64,000 bases of DNA from a virus: IMG/VR virus record IMGVR_UViG_3300043419_000459, positions 1-64,000 of that record; one strand, written 5' to 3'. How positions within the stretch are numbered: the stretch's first letter is position 1; every line of letters starts with the position of its first letter. Both the position numbers and the translations under genes were made by a program. Below, in pieces: positions 48,540-58,500 of this stretch. The notes below the pieces were generated by a model. The model saw nothing but the letters and a program-made list of their open reading frames with translations. It was not told the DNA's origin and did no database searches.

Positions 48540-48767
48540 TTAAGCTAATACATAAACAGAACCACCATTAGTTACTGAAATACTTTTAACATAGCAAGGA
48601 AATACTTCTCCCGCTGCTAAATGTGCTAATGAAATCGTTGTATTACCTTCCAATGTAATTGTACCAGTCACACCATTTACAGGTAAAACACCCCAAACTC
48701 TATCTATTAAAGAGGCAGAGCCAGATGTTACTAATTTTGCGTTATATGCTCTATAATTTGCACTCAT
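48540..48767 (-). CDS. small beta-rich hypothetical virion protein
   Basis: 75-aa ORF. Confidence 0.55.
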   Translation of the reverse strand: MSANYRAYNAKLVTSGSASLIDRVWGVLPVNGVTGTITLEGNTTISLAHLAAGEVFPCYVKSISVTNGGSVYVLA

Positions 48768-48771
48768 AATT

Positions 48772-49647
48772 TTATTTTTTTATCGATTCTTTTAACTCTT
48801 TTAACAACTCATATGTCATCATCATTGCTGATAAGTGTTGTTCTTTGATTTTTTTAACCGATTTTATTTTTTTAATATTTGAAATCGTTTCTGCTAATTT
48901 AATTTTAGTTACCTTATCGTTAATGTTAGAACCAACTTCTTTTAATGAATTTACTAATTTGGTTACTTCTTCATTAACATATTGATTTAATTTACCAGTA
49001 TTATTGATATTGTTAATATATTCTCTCAATAATCCTTTTTGGTCTTCAGTTAAATTTTTGTATTTAGTATTAAAAGATTCTACTAATAATTTGTATGATA
49101 CTGCTCTTAAATCTTCATCTTGCTTTCTATATTCTTCTAAAACCGCATCTTTTACTTTTACTTCTTTATTTTGAATAGAAGAATTGATAATATTTTCGGC
49201 AATAGTGAATCTAGACGATACTATATCAGTTGGGTCAAATTGTTCATTAGATGTAACCGTTTCAAATATCTTATAGATAGATGCAAGAGTTTTGTAATTT
49301 GATATTGGAGATTTAATAAACTCATCTAAATTGTAAGTTTCCTTAATTTCTTTAATAAGATTATACTTTTCTTTTGTAAGTTTTTTCTCATCAATTTTTT
49401 TACGAGCTTCTAATATCGTATTGATAAATTGTTCAGCTTTTGATTCCGAATTATATTTTTCGTTAATCAAATATTGATATAACTTTAATTCTTTAGATAA
49501 CTCTTTTTTAGAGTTAAAATGTTCTTTTAAAATCTTTTCCGCAATTGATTTGTTAGCAGACATGATTTCGGAAGTAATTTGTCTTACTAATAATTCAAAT
49601 ATAAATCCAGTATTTTTAAACTTCGAATGTTTTATTTTTTTCATCAA
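48772..49647 (-). CDS. hypothetical head-module protein
   Basis: KHSKFKNTG..FELLVRQ start; directly after the portal gene. Confidence 0.65.
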   Translation of the reverse strand: MMKKIKHSKFKNTGFIFELLVRQITSEIMSANKSIAEKILKEHFNSKKELSKELKLYQYLINEKYNSESKAEQFINTILEARKKIDEKKLTKEKYNLIKEIKETYNLDEFIKSPISNYKTLASIYKIFETVTSNEQFDPTDIVSSRFTIAENIINSSIQNKEVKVKDAVLEEYRKQDEDLRAVSYKLLVESFNTKYKNLTEDQKGLLREYINNINNTGKLNQYVNEEVTKLVNSLKEVGSNINDKVTKIKLAETISNIKKIKSVKKIKEQHLSAMMMTYELLKELKESIKK

Positions 49648-49691
49648 TTTGTCTAATTTGTCAGATATAAATATGTTTTTATATTACTTTA

Positions 49692-51437
49692 TTACTCTTT
49701 TGTTAAATCTTCGGTTAAAATAGTCTTTTTATTACCATTCATATCTTTAAATATTTCTAAATATGAATTTTTTCTTGGTTTATATTTTACCGAACCTTCT
49801 TTTGCCTTTAAAGTTTTAATACCCAATGGGTCTCTACCCTCTGGGTGGTCATCTTTACCATATCTAACAGGGTCTTTTGGTCTACCTACATTGCCATCTT
49901 CTTCCAATTCCGTTTTTAATCTATTTAATTCTTCTTCTACATTTGTGGGGCCGTCTGTTCCGGTTTCTTTTGCAGGGTCAACACCTTGTGTTTCAATTGA
50001 TGTTAAACGGAATTGTTGTTTTGTATCATCTAATACTGCAAGTGTTAATTCATCTTGCTCATCTTTCGCCATTTTCATTACCGTCTCATACATCCATTCT
50101 TTAGAAAACATTTTTGTTTGTTGCATTTGTTGAATCAATGCTACTTTTGAAGTATACAATTCAACTTGCTCTTGCTCATATATTTTAGATGGAATGGTCA
50201 ATTCTATTGTAAAATTAGTTAAATTATCATCATCTATACCTTGTGCGTATAAATGAACAATTGCAATTTTAGTTAATTCCGAAATTAAAACTCTTTGAAT
50301 TCTTTCAATTGTTTTTGCAAATCTAACATCCATTGAAGCAAGAGTTGCTTTACCATTCGTTTCTTCTTCATATCCTAAATATGCTTTTGGAATTTTTAAA
50401 GCTGACATCAATTTACCCTTTAAGTAGTTAATATCATCAATCATATTATATTCCAATCCCTTTAAGGTATCAATTGAAGTACCATTATCATTACCACGTA
50501 CAGGCATATAGTAATCTTCAATTAAATTTTGTACATTATACTTTAAATTATATTCACCGGTTCTCTCATCAACGAAAGGAACTTTTTTCGATGCGTTGAT
50601 AATTTTCTGCATGTAATTGTCTACCTCATTTGGTGGAATATTGCCTACATCAATTTTAAATATTCTTTTTTCAGGAGCTCTCATTACTCTATGAATCAAC
50701 ATAGCATCCTCCATCAACATTAATTGTTTCCAAACTCGTCTCGCACCTTCAATCATAGATTTACCATATGGTAAAAAGTTTGAATCCGAATTTAAACGAA
50801 AATGCGCCATTTCATAGTTTTCAAATTCTTTTTTTGGACTCTGACCATATCCACCTAATGGGTTTTGATATGGTGCGTATATAAACTTAACTCTTTGTGG
50901 GTTTTCTGGGTCAAATCCCTCTACTCTGTTAACTTCATATGTAGACAGTGCCATCACATTAACAATACCAATTTTTTCTGCCATTTCCAATTGTAAAAAG
51001 AAATCACCATATTTTACTAAATTTCTTGTCCAAGGCCATAAGTTAAATTCAATGTTCATTATATCATAGAACAAATTTTCTAATATTTGTTTTACATTGT
51101 CATCCGGATGATGAATTTTTAAAACATTTCCTTGTTCATTTCTGGCAGTACATTCGTCTGCATATACATCCAATGCCGATGATAATATGGGGTCAGTATC
51201 CATTGAATCGTAGTCTCTAAACAAGTCAATTCTAACTTGTTGATATGCCATCGATGATTCCAATTGACCAGTTCCGTAGTTTGTTACTTTTAACTTTAAA
51301 AATCTATCAACTAAATTTGTTGTCATATTTTGATACTCATCTGTATCAATAACTTTAACACCACTCTCTGTTTTACGAACAATGGTATTAGTTGAAAATA
51401 ATTTTTGTAACCTACTAAATACTGATTTATCTGCCAT
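49692..51437 (-). CDS. gp20: portal protein (gp20-like)
   Basis: LMEDAMLIHR..RAPEKRIFKIDVGN, EDYYMP.R, I.TL.G and AL.IP. Confidence 0.95.
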   Translation of the reverse strand: MADKSVFSRLQKLFSTNTIVRKTESGVKVIDTDEYQNMTTNLVDRFLKLKVTNYGTGQLESSMAYQQVRIDLFRDYDSMDTDPILSSALDVYADECTARNEQGNVLKIHHPDDNVKQILENLFYDIMNIEFNLWPWTRNLVKYGDFFLQLEMAEKIGIVNVMALSTYEVNRVEGFDPENPQRVKFIYAPYQNPLGGYGQSPKKEFENYEMAHFRLNSDSNFLPYGKSMIEGARRVWKQLMLMEDAMLIHRVMRAPEKRIFKIDVGNIPPNEVDNYMQKIINASKKVPFVDERTGEYNLKYNVQNLIEDYYMPVRGNDNGTSIDTLKGLEYNMIDDINYLKGKLMSALKIPKAYLGYEEETNGKATLASMDVRFAKTIERIQRVLISELTKIAIVHLYAQGIDDDNLTNFTIELTIPSKIYEQEQVELYTSKVALIQQMQQTKMFSKEWMYETVMKMAKDEQDELTLAVLDDTKQQFRLTSIETQGVDPAKETGTDGPTNVEEELNRLKTELEEDGNVGRPKDPVRYGKDDHPEGRDPLGIKTLKAKEGSVKYKPRKNSYLEIFKDMNGNKKTILTEDLTKE

Positions 51438-51458
51438 TTTTGTATAATTCTATTTTTC

Positions 51459-51490
51459 TAAATATAAGGAAAATATTTGGTTTTTCCAAA
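51459..51490 (-). promoter_or_regulatory. Bacteroidota-type promoter (TTTG-N20-TATATTTA) upstream of the portal gene
   Basis: Correct spacing with one mismatch. Confidence 0.45.
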
Positions 51491-51492
51491 TT

Positions 51493-52536
51493 TTACCACT
51501 TTCTACAACTCCAATATCTTGCCTTATGTCTTGGTCCTGGATTATCACAGTTATGTCTTGCTCTAAAATTTCTTCTTCTACCAGGATTATTTTTTTTAAT
51601 TTTTACTCCCTTTTGGCCAAAGTTTACTTTTACAACATTACCAGATGGATTTTTTACATATACTTTGAATTTCTTAACATCACCGGCCATTGGTTTACCT
51701 AACTTAACATCTCTTCCTTGATATTCTGCTTCATGCATACAAGGACAAGTTACTTCATTTAAATCTTTTGCGTATGCTCTCATAAAAGAAATAAAATCTT
51801 CCATATCCTCATCTTCTACATCATATTCTTCGGGTTCAACTAGCCCATAATTTATGTCATCATCACTATCAATATCTTCATTTATAGGAACACAATTTGG
51901 TACCATCTTACCATTTTTCATTTTACCACCAACTTCTTTATATCCATCCCAACATTCGTGTAATGCATTTAGTTCTCCTAAACTTTCATTGCAAGTTTTC
52001 CAACCACCACCCTTTCCTTTATAATTTTTTGCTGCCCATCCATTTGCATAAGCTGATGGATAAACATCAAATTTTCTTTTTGCAGCTGCTTTTGATGCCG
52101 CCCACTTACCCGGGTCTGTCGGACAATTCTTTTCTAAAAATAAATTTAGTTTTTCTTCTATCTTCATAGTTTCATTTTTTTTCTTTCCTTGACAATGTGC
52201 TTTTTGAGAGAAACCTTTTGGATTATTACAATCTATACTATTTTTATATTTTTCACTCCACTCTTCGTTTTTTGGTTTAGTAGAAACATATATCGGTGTT
52301 TTACCTTGTCCACTACTACTTTTACCACCCCTACCAGCATCATTTTGTGCAGCTCTCTTTCTACGAGTTGCACTCTCTTTTTCTTTTTTACTCATTCCGG
52401 CAGCTTTTGCAGCAGGAACACATTTTGCATAACCTTTTTTTTCTCCCGAAGTTCCACATGGTGGGTGTTTACCATCGACCTTTTTGCCAATGTTTACCCA
52501 TTTTTCTTTAAACCATTTATTTAAATCTTCGTTCAT
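51493..52536 (-). CDS. modular basic Cys-containing protein (candidate head polyprotein)
   Basis: Five small modules separated by xNE/xLE/xHE sites; ends FRARHNC...ARYWSCRKW. Confidence 0.65.
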   Translation of the reverse strand: MNEDLNKWFKEKWVNIGKKVDGKHPPCGTSGEKKGYAKCVPAAKAAGMSKKEKESATRRKRAAQNDAGRGGKSSSGQGKTPIYVSTKPKNEEWSEKYKNSIDCNNPKGFSQKAHCQGKKKNETMKIEEKLNLFLEKNCPTDPGKWAASKAAAKRKFDVYPSAYANGWAAKNYKGKGGGWKTCNESLGELNALHECWDGYKEVGGKMKNGKMVPNCVPINEDIDSDDDINYGLVEPEEYDVEDEDMEDFISFMRAYAKDLNEVTCPCMHEAEYQGRDVKLGKPMAGDVKKFKVYVKNPSGNVVKVNFGQKGVKIKKNNPGRRRNFRARHNCDNPGPRHKARYWSCRKW

Positions 52537-52569
52537 CTATAAGAGTTTCAACATATAAATATAAAAAAA

Positions 52570-54177
52570 TTATTTAAGTAACCAAGTTAAGTTTTCAGTT
52601 TGACCTCTACCTAAATCCATCTCATATGGGTTTTTGGATAAATGACCAGTTGAGATAATTCCCTCATACTTATTTATCTGTGCTGAGTTTAGCATACTTT
52701 TTGTCAAATCTATTCCTTCTTGCTTTAACCTCAACGCAGTATTACGAACCCAAAGTCCAATGCCCAATGCCATAATAAGGTCATCATTATATCCCTTCAT
52801 TGCTTCTGCTCTACCACTCTGCCAAATAAATGTAAACATCTCATCTATTAATCTACTTGAACGAATTAGAATATCTTTGTCATTTATATATGTATCTAAT
52901 GCTGAAATGATTAGGGGGCGAGTTTTACTGGTTGTTGAAAATCCCGCAACCATTTGTTTTTCGTCTCTATAATATTTGTTAGACATTTGTCTTTCGGTAT
53001 CAATATATTTCAAATCATTACTCATATAAAATAGATTTTGATATCCTCTATTAATGATTTGTTGAATACATGCCCAACCCACATTTGAGTTCTCCACTAC
53101 TAAAAGTGCATTATTATATTCCGTTGCCAATGCAGTTAAGAAGTTTCCAAAATCTTTTGTGTCAATTTTACCTCTATATTCCGCAACTTGTGAACTATCT
53201 TCGATGTCTATCACTTGTGCAGTAGAATAGTCGGCTCCGTCTCCACGTGCAACGTCCGCACAAACCATATATGCTCTATTATAATTTGGATGTTCCCATA
53301 CCCAAAGATTGTTATCAAATCCTCTTTTTTGAACGGGTTCCATTACATATGTATCTTTATACCAAGTCAATAGTGCGGGTTCAAATACAGTATCACCTGA
53401 ACCAACGAAGTCACAATCACATTCTTGTGCTGCACCTTTAACTCCTAAAATTCTTGTTTGTTCATCTCTCCAGGCCTGGTTTCTTTCTGGGTGAACCGTC
53501 CAATGTAGATTGATACAATTAAATCCATTCTGCCCACTCTCACCATCTACCCACATTTTATGAAACCAGTTACCGATACCATTTGGTGTAGATAATACGA
53601 TTGCAGCACCACCCGTTGATAATGTAGATTGTGCCGATAACCAAATTTCATCGATATCTCTAATGAATGCGGCCTCATCCACAACTAACAATGATAAGGC
53701 TTCCGAACGACCAGCGTCGGGAGAACTTGCAATTGCTTTTACTTGCGAACCATTCTTCAATTTAAGGGAAAGTTTATTATCTTCTGCAGCTGCAGTTCCA
53801 CCATCTCTTAACCAAATAGGAAGTAAGTCGTGCATTACTCTTACCTTCTCTACCAGATTCTTTGCTACGGTCACTTTCGTTGCGATTACCAACGCATTAA
53901 AGTCCTGATTGAATATCATCTTCCATAAAATAAATCCTGCAGATAAGGTCGATAGACCCAATTGACGAGATTTAAGAATGATGTTAAAACGATTTTCTTT
54001 AAAATCCGTTAAACAATCTTCCTGAAAAGGATAAAGGTGAAAGGGTATTTTTCCTCTCACCGGATGCTGAATGACACAATACTTTTTCATAAAGTAGATT
54101 GGGTCTAACGCACACTTGCGATATTCTTCAGCGATTATCTCTTTTAAGGTTTTCTTAGGTTGCCCTTGAACTCCCAT
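52570..54177 (-). CDS. terL: terminase large subunit (gp17-like)
   Basis: Walker A KSRQLGLS, Walker B LLVVDEAAF, STPNG, and nuclease motifs ADVARG.G.DYS and NDDL.MA. Confidence 0.95.
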   Translation of the reverse strand: MGVQGQPKKTLKEIIAEEYRKCALDPIYFMKKYCVIQHPVRGKIPFHLYPFQEDCLTDFKENRFNIILKSRQLGLSTLSAGFILWKMIFNQDFNALVIATKVTVAKNLVEKVRVMHDLLPIWLRDGGTAAAEDNKLSLKLKNGSQVKAIASSPDAGRSEALSLLVVDEAAFIRDIDEIWLSAQSTLSTGGAAIVLSTPNGIGNWFHKMWVDGESGQNGFNCINLHWTVHPERNQAWRDEQTRILGVKGAAQECDCDFVGSGDTVFEPALLTWYKDTYVMEPVQKRGFDNNLWVWEHPNYNRAYMVCADVARGDGADYSTAQVIDIEDSSQVAEYRGKIDTKDFGNFLTALATEYNNALLVVENSNVGWACIQQIINRGYQNLFYMSNDLKYIDTERQMSNKYYRDEKQMVAGFSTTSKTRPLIISALDTYINDKDILIRSSRLIDEMFTFIWQSGRAEAMKGYNDDLIMALGIGLWVRNTALRLKQEGIDLTKSMLNSAQINKYEGIISTGHLSKNPYEMDLGRGQTENLTWLLK

Positions 54178-54824
54178 TATTTTTTGAATTTAATCTTCCA
54201 ATAAACACCACCACCTATGTATGGAGATAATGTTCCATTGGTTCCATCGGATACTCTATTAGAAACACCAACACCTAAATTATAGATTTTGTCTTTTTTT
54301 GTTTTTATAAGCAATCCCGCACCTACATTTGAAACCACATCTGCCTTATTAAATCCACCAGTCAAACCATAATATACTTGTGTTTTTGGTAATTCTTTAA
54401 CAATCATAGTTTCTTTAATAGTTCTTTGTTTAACATTTGCATTAAAAGTTCTACCCAATATTTTATTTTGTGTAATTGTATCCAAAAGAGCAATGGTTCC
54501 TAATGAATCGGGTAAAACCAATGTATCTTTATATAATACTTTTGAATAATAATCTTTTAGTAAAGCCTGTGTATCTACTATTGTAGGGATTACAACTTGC
54601 TTTTCAACTATCGTTTCGTGATAAATGTCTTGACCCTTTTTGGTTATTACTTTTGTTTTTACAACATCAATAGTATCGATATCGTGTTTAATAACTTCAT
54701 ATGCCTTACCTTCTATATAAACTTTTTTACCAGGCATAACTCCACCCGGATTAAACCATTCTAATAATATAAAAATGATTAATGCAACAATTGCAATGTT
54801 TTTTAAATTTAATAATTTTTTCAT
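54177..54824 (-). CDS. membrane-anchored hypothetical protein with C-terminal amphipathic beta-strands
   Basis: N-terminal hydrophobic helix; ends PYIGGGVYWKIKFKK. Confidence 0.6.
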   Translation of the reverse strand: MKKLLNLKNIAIVALIIFILLEWFNPGGVMPGKKVYIEGKAYEVIKHDIDTIDVVKTKVITKKGQDIYHETIVEKQVVIPTIVDTQALLKDYYSKVLYKDTLVLPDSLGTIALLDTITQNKILGRTFNANVKQRTIKETMIVKELPKTQVYYGLTGGFNKADVVSNVGAGLLIKTKKDKIYNLGVGVSNRVSDGTNGTLSPYIGGGVYWKIKFKK

Positions 54825-54829
54825 AATTT

Positions 54830-55498
54830 TTATTTTTTAACTAATTCTGGATGATTTAATTCAACGAATTTTTCTTCTAATAACCTTTTTCTTTCTATTA
54901 ATAATTCAATGGCGTTATATGCACCATCAATATCTTTTTGTAAATCTTTTTTTACTTTTTCAACATCTACATCCCATGTCCATTTTTCTACTTTGCCATC
55001 TTCGGTAACCATTTCTATTTGTTGTTTAACACCTCTCAAAGCTTCTTCCAATTGTGATTTTAAATCTCTAACATAATCCAATTTATTTCTAGTTACTTTA
55101 TAATCTTCATAAAAAGCAAAAGTTCCATCATCTCGTAATCTTTGTTCCATTTTTCTCAAACAAGTTACACACAAGCCGGTTTTACTGATTATTTTTTTAT
55201 CTGCGTAACTATATTCTTTTGTGTCACATTGGTCATCTTTACATGTAGTTAGTTTTTTTAAATATTCTCTAACATCATCCATTTGAGTAACTTTGGATTT
55301 GAATCCCTTAAATTGCTCCCACTCTTGTCCATCACTATCTACCCATTTTTCTCCAACTTCTCTTTTTCGTTCACTCTCTTTTTCATAACCAAACACTCTT
55401 TGTGTATTGTCTTGTCTACCAAATACAGTGTCTATAATTAATTTTCGAGATTTATGCATCCCTTTACTTTTCTCATCCCAACTTTTTCTTTTTGCCAT
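54830..55498 (-). CDS. hypothetical protein with Cys pairs
   Basis: 222 aa; VGEKW.D.DG..W, CKDDQC and CVTC. Confidence 0.6.
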   Translation of the reverse strand: MAKRKSWDEKSKGMHKSRKLIIDTVFGRQDNTQRVFGYEKESERKREVGEKWVDSDGQEWEQFKGFKSKVTQMDDVREYLKKLTTCKDDQCDTKEYSYADKKIISKTGLCVTCLRKMEQRLRDDGTFAFYEDYKVTRNKLDYVRDLKSQLEEALRGVKQQIEMVTEDGKVEKWTWDVDVEKVKKDLQKDIDGAYNAIELLIERKRLLEEKFVELNHPELVKK

Positions 55499-55544
55499 AT
55501 TTCTATACTTTTATAACCAATTGTTTATACTATATATATCAAAA

Positions 55545-58500
55545 TTATTCATAAAAAATACCCAATATTTGATTTAAGGGTGCAAATGAACCGGTTAGTT
55601 TATATGTTTTTCCATTATAAAAAAACACCAATCCTTCGGTTGCAACTATTTTATCTATACCACCCAACGTATTTAATCTAGATAGTTCTTGTTTTAATTT
55701 TTGAATTTTAGATGTGTCTCCACCATTTCTAACTTGTGATGCAACTGAATTTAATTTTTCTTTCATAGACCTAATTGCTTTATCAGGATGAATAGTTAAT
55801 ACTGAACTTACAAATTCTAAAACATCTGCACCTACTCCCAAAAATAATTCTTCAAATGGTCTAATATTGTCTTTTTGTTGCTTTATAACATTTATTTTAT
55901 CTTGTGTAATTGCCCATTTTTGTAAGTCCGGATTTGAAATAGTATTTAATCTAAATGTTTTATCTCCAAATGCCCATCTTCTAATCAATGATTCTTTTGT
56001 AAGTTTGTCAACTTTTATTGGACTATTTGATGTAATCCACCAATCCCACCAACTTTGATGATAATCCGCAACATTATCGGAATCTTTTAATCCAAATTCA
56101 CTCTGTAATCTATTTAACTTAGATAGATATTTACCTTGCTTAGAACTTAAATTATCATTTTTAGGTATACTTGTAATCGGAGGGCCTTGTATTGTGTATT
56201 TGGATTGAATATCTGCATTTACTTGTTTAATCATTCCTGCTAATATATTTTCAGCACCATCCACCTGCCCCACTGCAACACCGCTTTCGTTATACTGAAT
56301 ACAATTATGAAAAACCAATAAAGCCTGACCATATGGAATTACATTTACTGATGTTGGCCATATTACTTCAATATTCATAAAATTTTTACCTTCTCCAAAA
56401 ATCTTTTCTCTTTGTTTTTGAGATAAAGATGATATTGCTGCTGATAAATCTTTCATTGCGTAGTTGTATGCATCTGTTAATCCACCTCTTCCGGCAAATT
56501 TAGATGCAACACCTTCAATTCCCAATGCATTTGCTCCTGCATTTTGTAAGTGTCCTTTGTTTCTTGCCGCAATTAATCTACCATTTTTCCAACTTATTGC
56601 TAAAGCTTGTCCATCTGTTTTTTCTCTAACTACTCCCAGTTCTCCATTAAGTGCTTTTGTAATTATATTTTTTAAATCACCAAAAGTCAAATCCATATCA
56701 TCAAATGGATGAGACATATGTCCGTATGCACCACCTTCTAATAATAAATTTTCATTTAAGTTGGGTTGAATATTTAACTCCTTTTCCATTTGGGTTATTT
56801 CATCATACCCCATATTACGAAGTGCTCTTGCAACTGCGTTTGGATTTGCTGGCATATTTGCTCTACCAAAAAGATATACATTTATTCTTTTTCTAAAGGT
56901 TGCATTTCTATATAATTTTATGATATTCATAAAATGGACATCTTTATTACCCATTTCATCTATTTTTCTAAATGTAGTTGCCTGTTTACCATTTATAGTT
57001 GGCATCCCATAAGAGTCTTTTCCAATGTCTTTAATCGTAACTTTTTTGTTTTTAAATTTACCCATTAAAACTTCATCACCTTTATCAACATCAACACTAA
57101 CATCTTCATTATAAATTTGTTTGTTGATTCTACCATACTCCCTCATTAAGATTCCCGCAACAGCATGTGCTTGGTTTTCAATTGGAGAACCATCTGCACC
57201 ATCTTTCATTGGGTTTCTAACCAATCCCATCTCATCTTGTTTCCTATGAACCATCTCATGTGCAATAGTTCTTAAAATATCCGCAGTCAATCTATTTTCC
57301 GTTGCTACATATATTTCTTTTGTAATTGGGTCAAATCCACCTAATGAAGATTTTACATTACCATATTCTTTACCAGCTACTAAACTTATCTTTGGATTTT
57401 CTTTTAATTTTAATCTTTTGGTTGCAAATTCTACAAAGTGTTGAATTGATTGTTGTTTTGATTCGGAAATATTTTCTTTTATCAAATCCGCTGCATCACT
57501 CTTTGGTTTATTCTTTTTATAACTTTCTATTGATTTGAGAAGTTGTTCGTCTGATAATTTATAGGTTTTCATCTTTTCGATTACTTTTCCAATAAATTTA
57601 GAAGCAAATTTACTATTATTATTTGGCTCATTTCCTTCTTTAAGAATCTCTAATAAACCCAATGTTGCAGTTGATAAACCTGCACCAACTCCTGCAGCTT
57701 GTCCTGCACCCATTCCCATTGCTTCAAGAGATGCATGTTTTGCAATATCTTTAGCAAGATGAACGCCGAATCCGGCTGCTCCGTGTGTAAACGCACCGGC
57801 TCCACCGGCTGCTGCGGCTGCTCCGACACTAGATGCACCTGCCCCCGCTGCAGCCGCTTTAATTGCTCCAACACCTGCACCACCCAATGCCATAGAACCC
57901 AATATTAATCCCATATCAATTGCAAAATGGGTCATATCTTTTTTTTGTTTTTTGCTTTCTTTCCAAGAAGCTTCAAACAATTGTTTTTCTTCATCTGATG
58001 CGTATTGTGATACTTTTGGTCTATGTTCTCCCACCTTATTACCAGTTGGTTTACCATGTGAATCTACTTCATCGGTTTCAACATATTCGTATTCTGGATT
58101 ACCACCACGACCAACTTCTGCAAATTCACTCCAATGTCTACGTTTTCCATCTTTATCTTTTACACTACCAATTTTACCAGTAGTTGCAATTGATGTCAAA
58201 CCATCCATAGTTCCTCCAACCATTTCTTTTTTATGTACGAACCAATTTTTTAAACCTTTGCCGAAGTTTTTAACACCATTAACTACATTGTCAATCATAC
58301 CCTTTCTTTCGGGTGATTGAGGATTATTATGGGAATCTATGATATCATTATCTTCCGGAGACATTTCTTTTCTAGCTTTGTCTAATGCCTCTTTAGTTTG
58401 TGCAATTTTTTTATCTTCAGGGGACATTTCTGCAGATGATTTTAATTCTGTTCCGCTCAATTTTTGTTCCGGTGGTATTTGTTGTGTTTCCTCTCCGGAT

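Noticed and set aside
52570-54177. Intron or intein in terminase (also checked portal and MCP)
   Set aside because: The ORFs are continuous and of normal length, with motifs at the expected spacing
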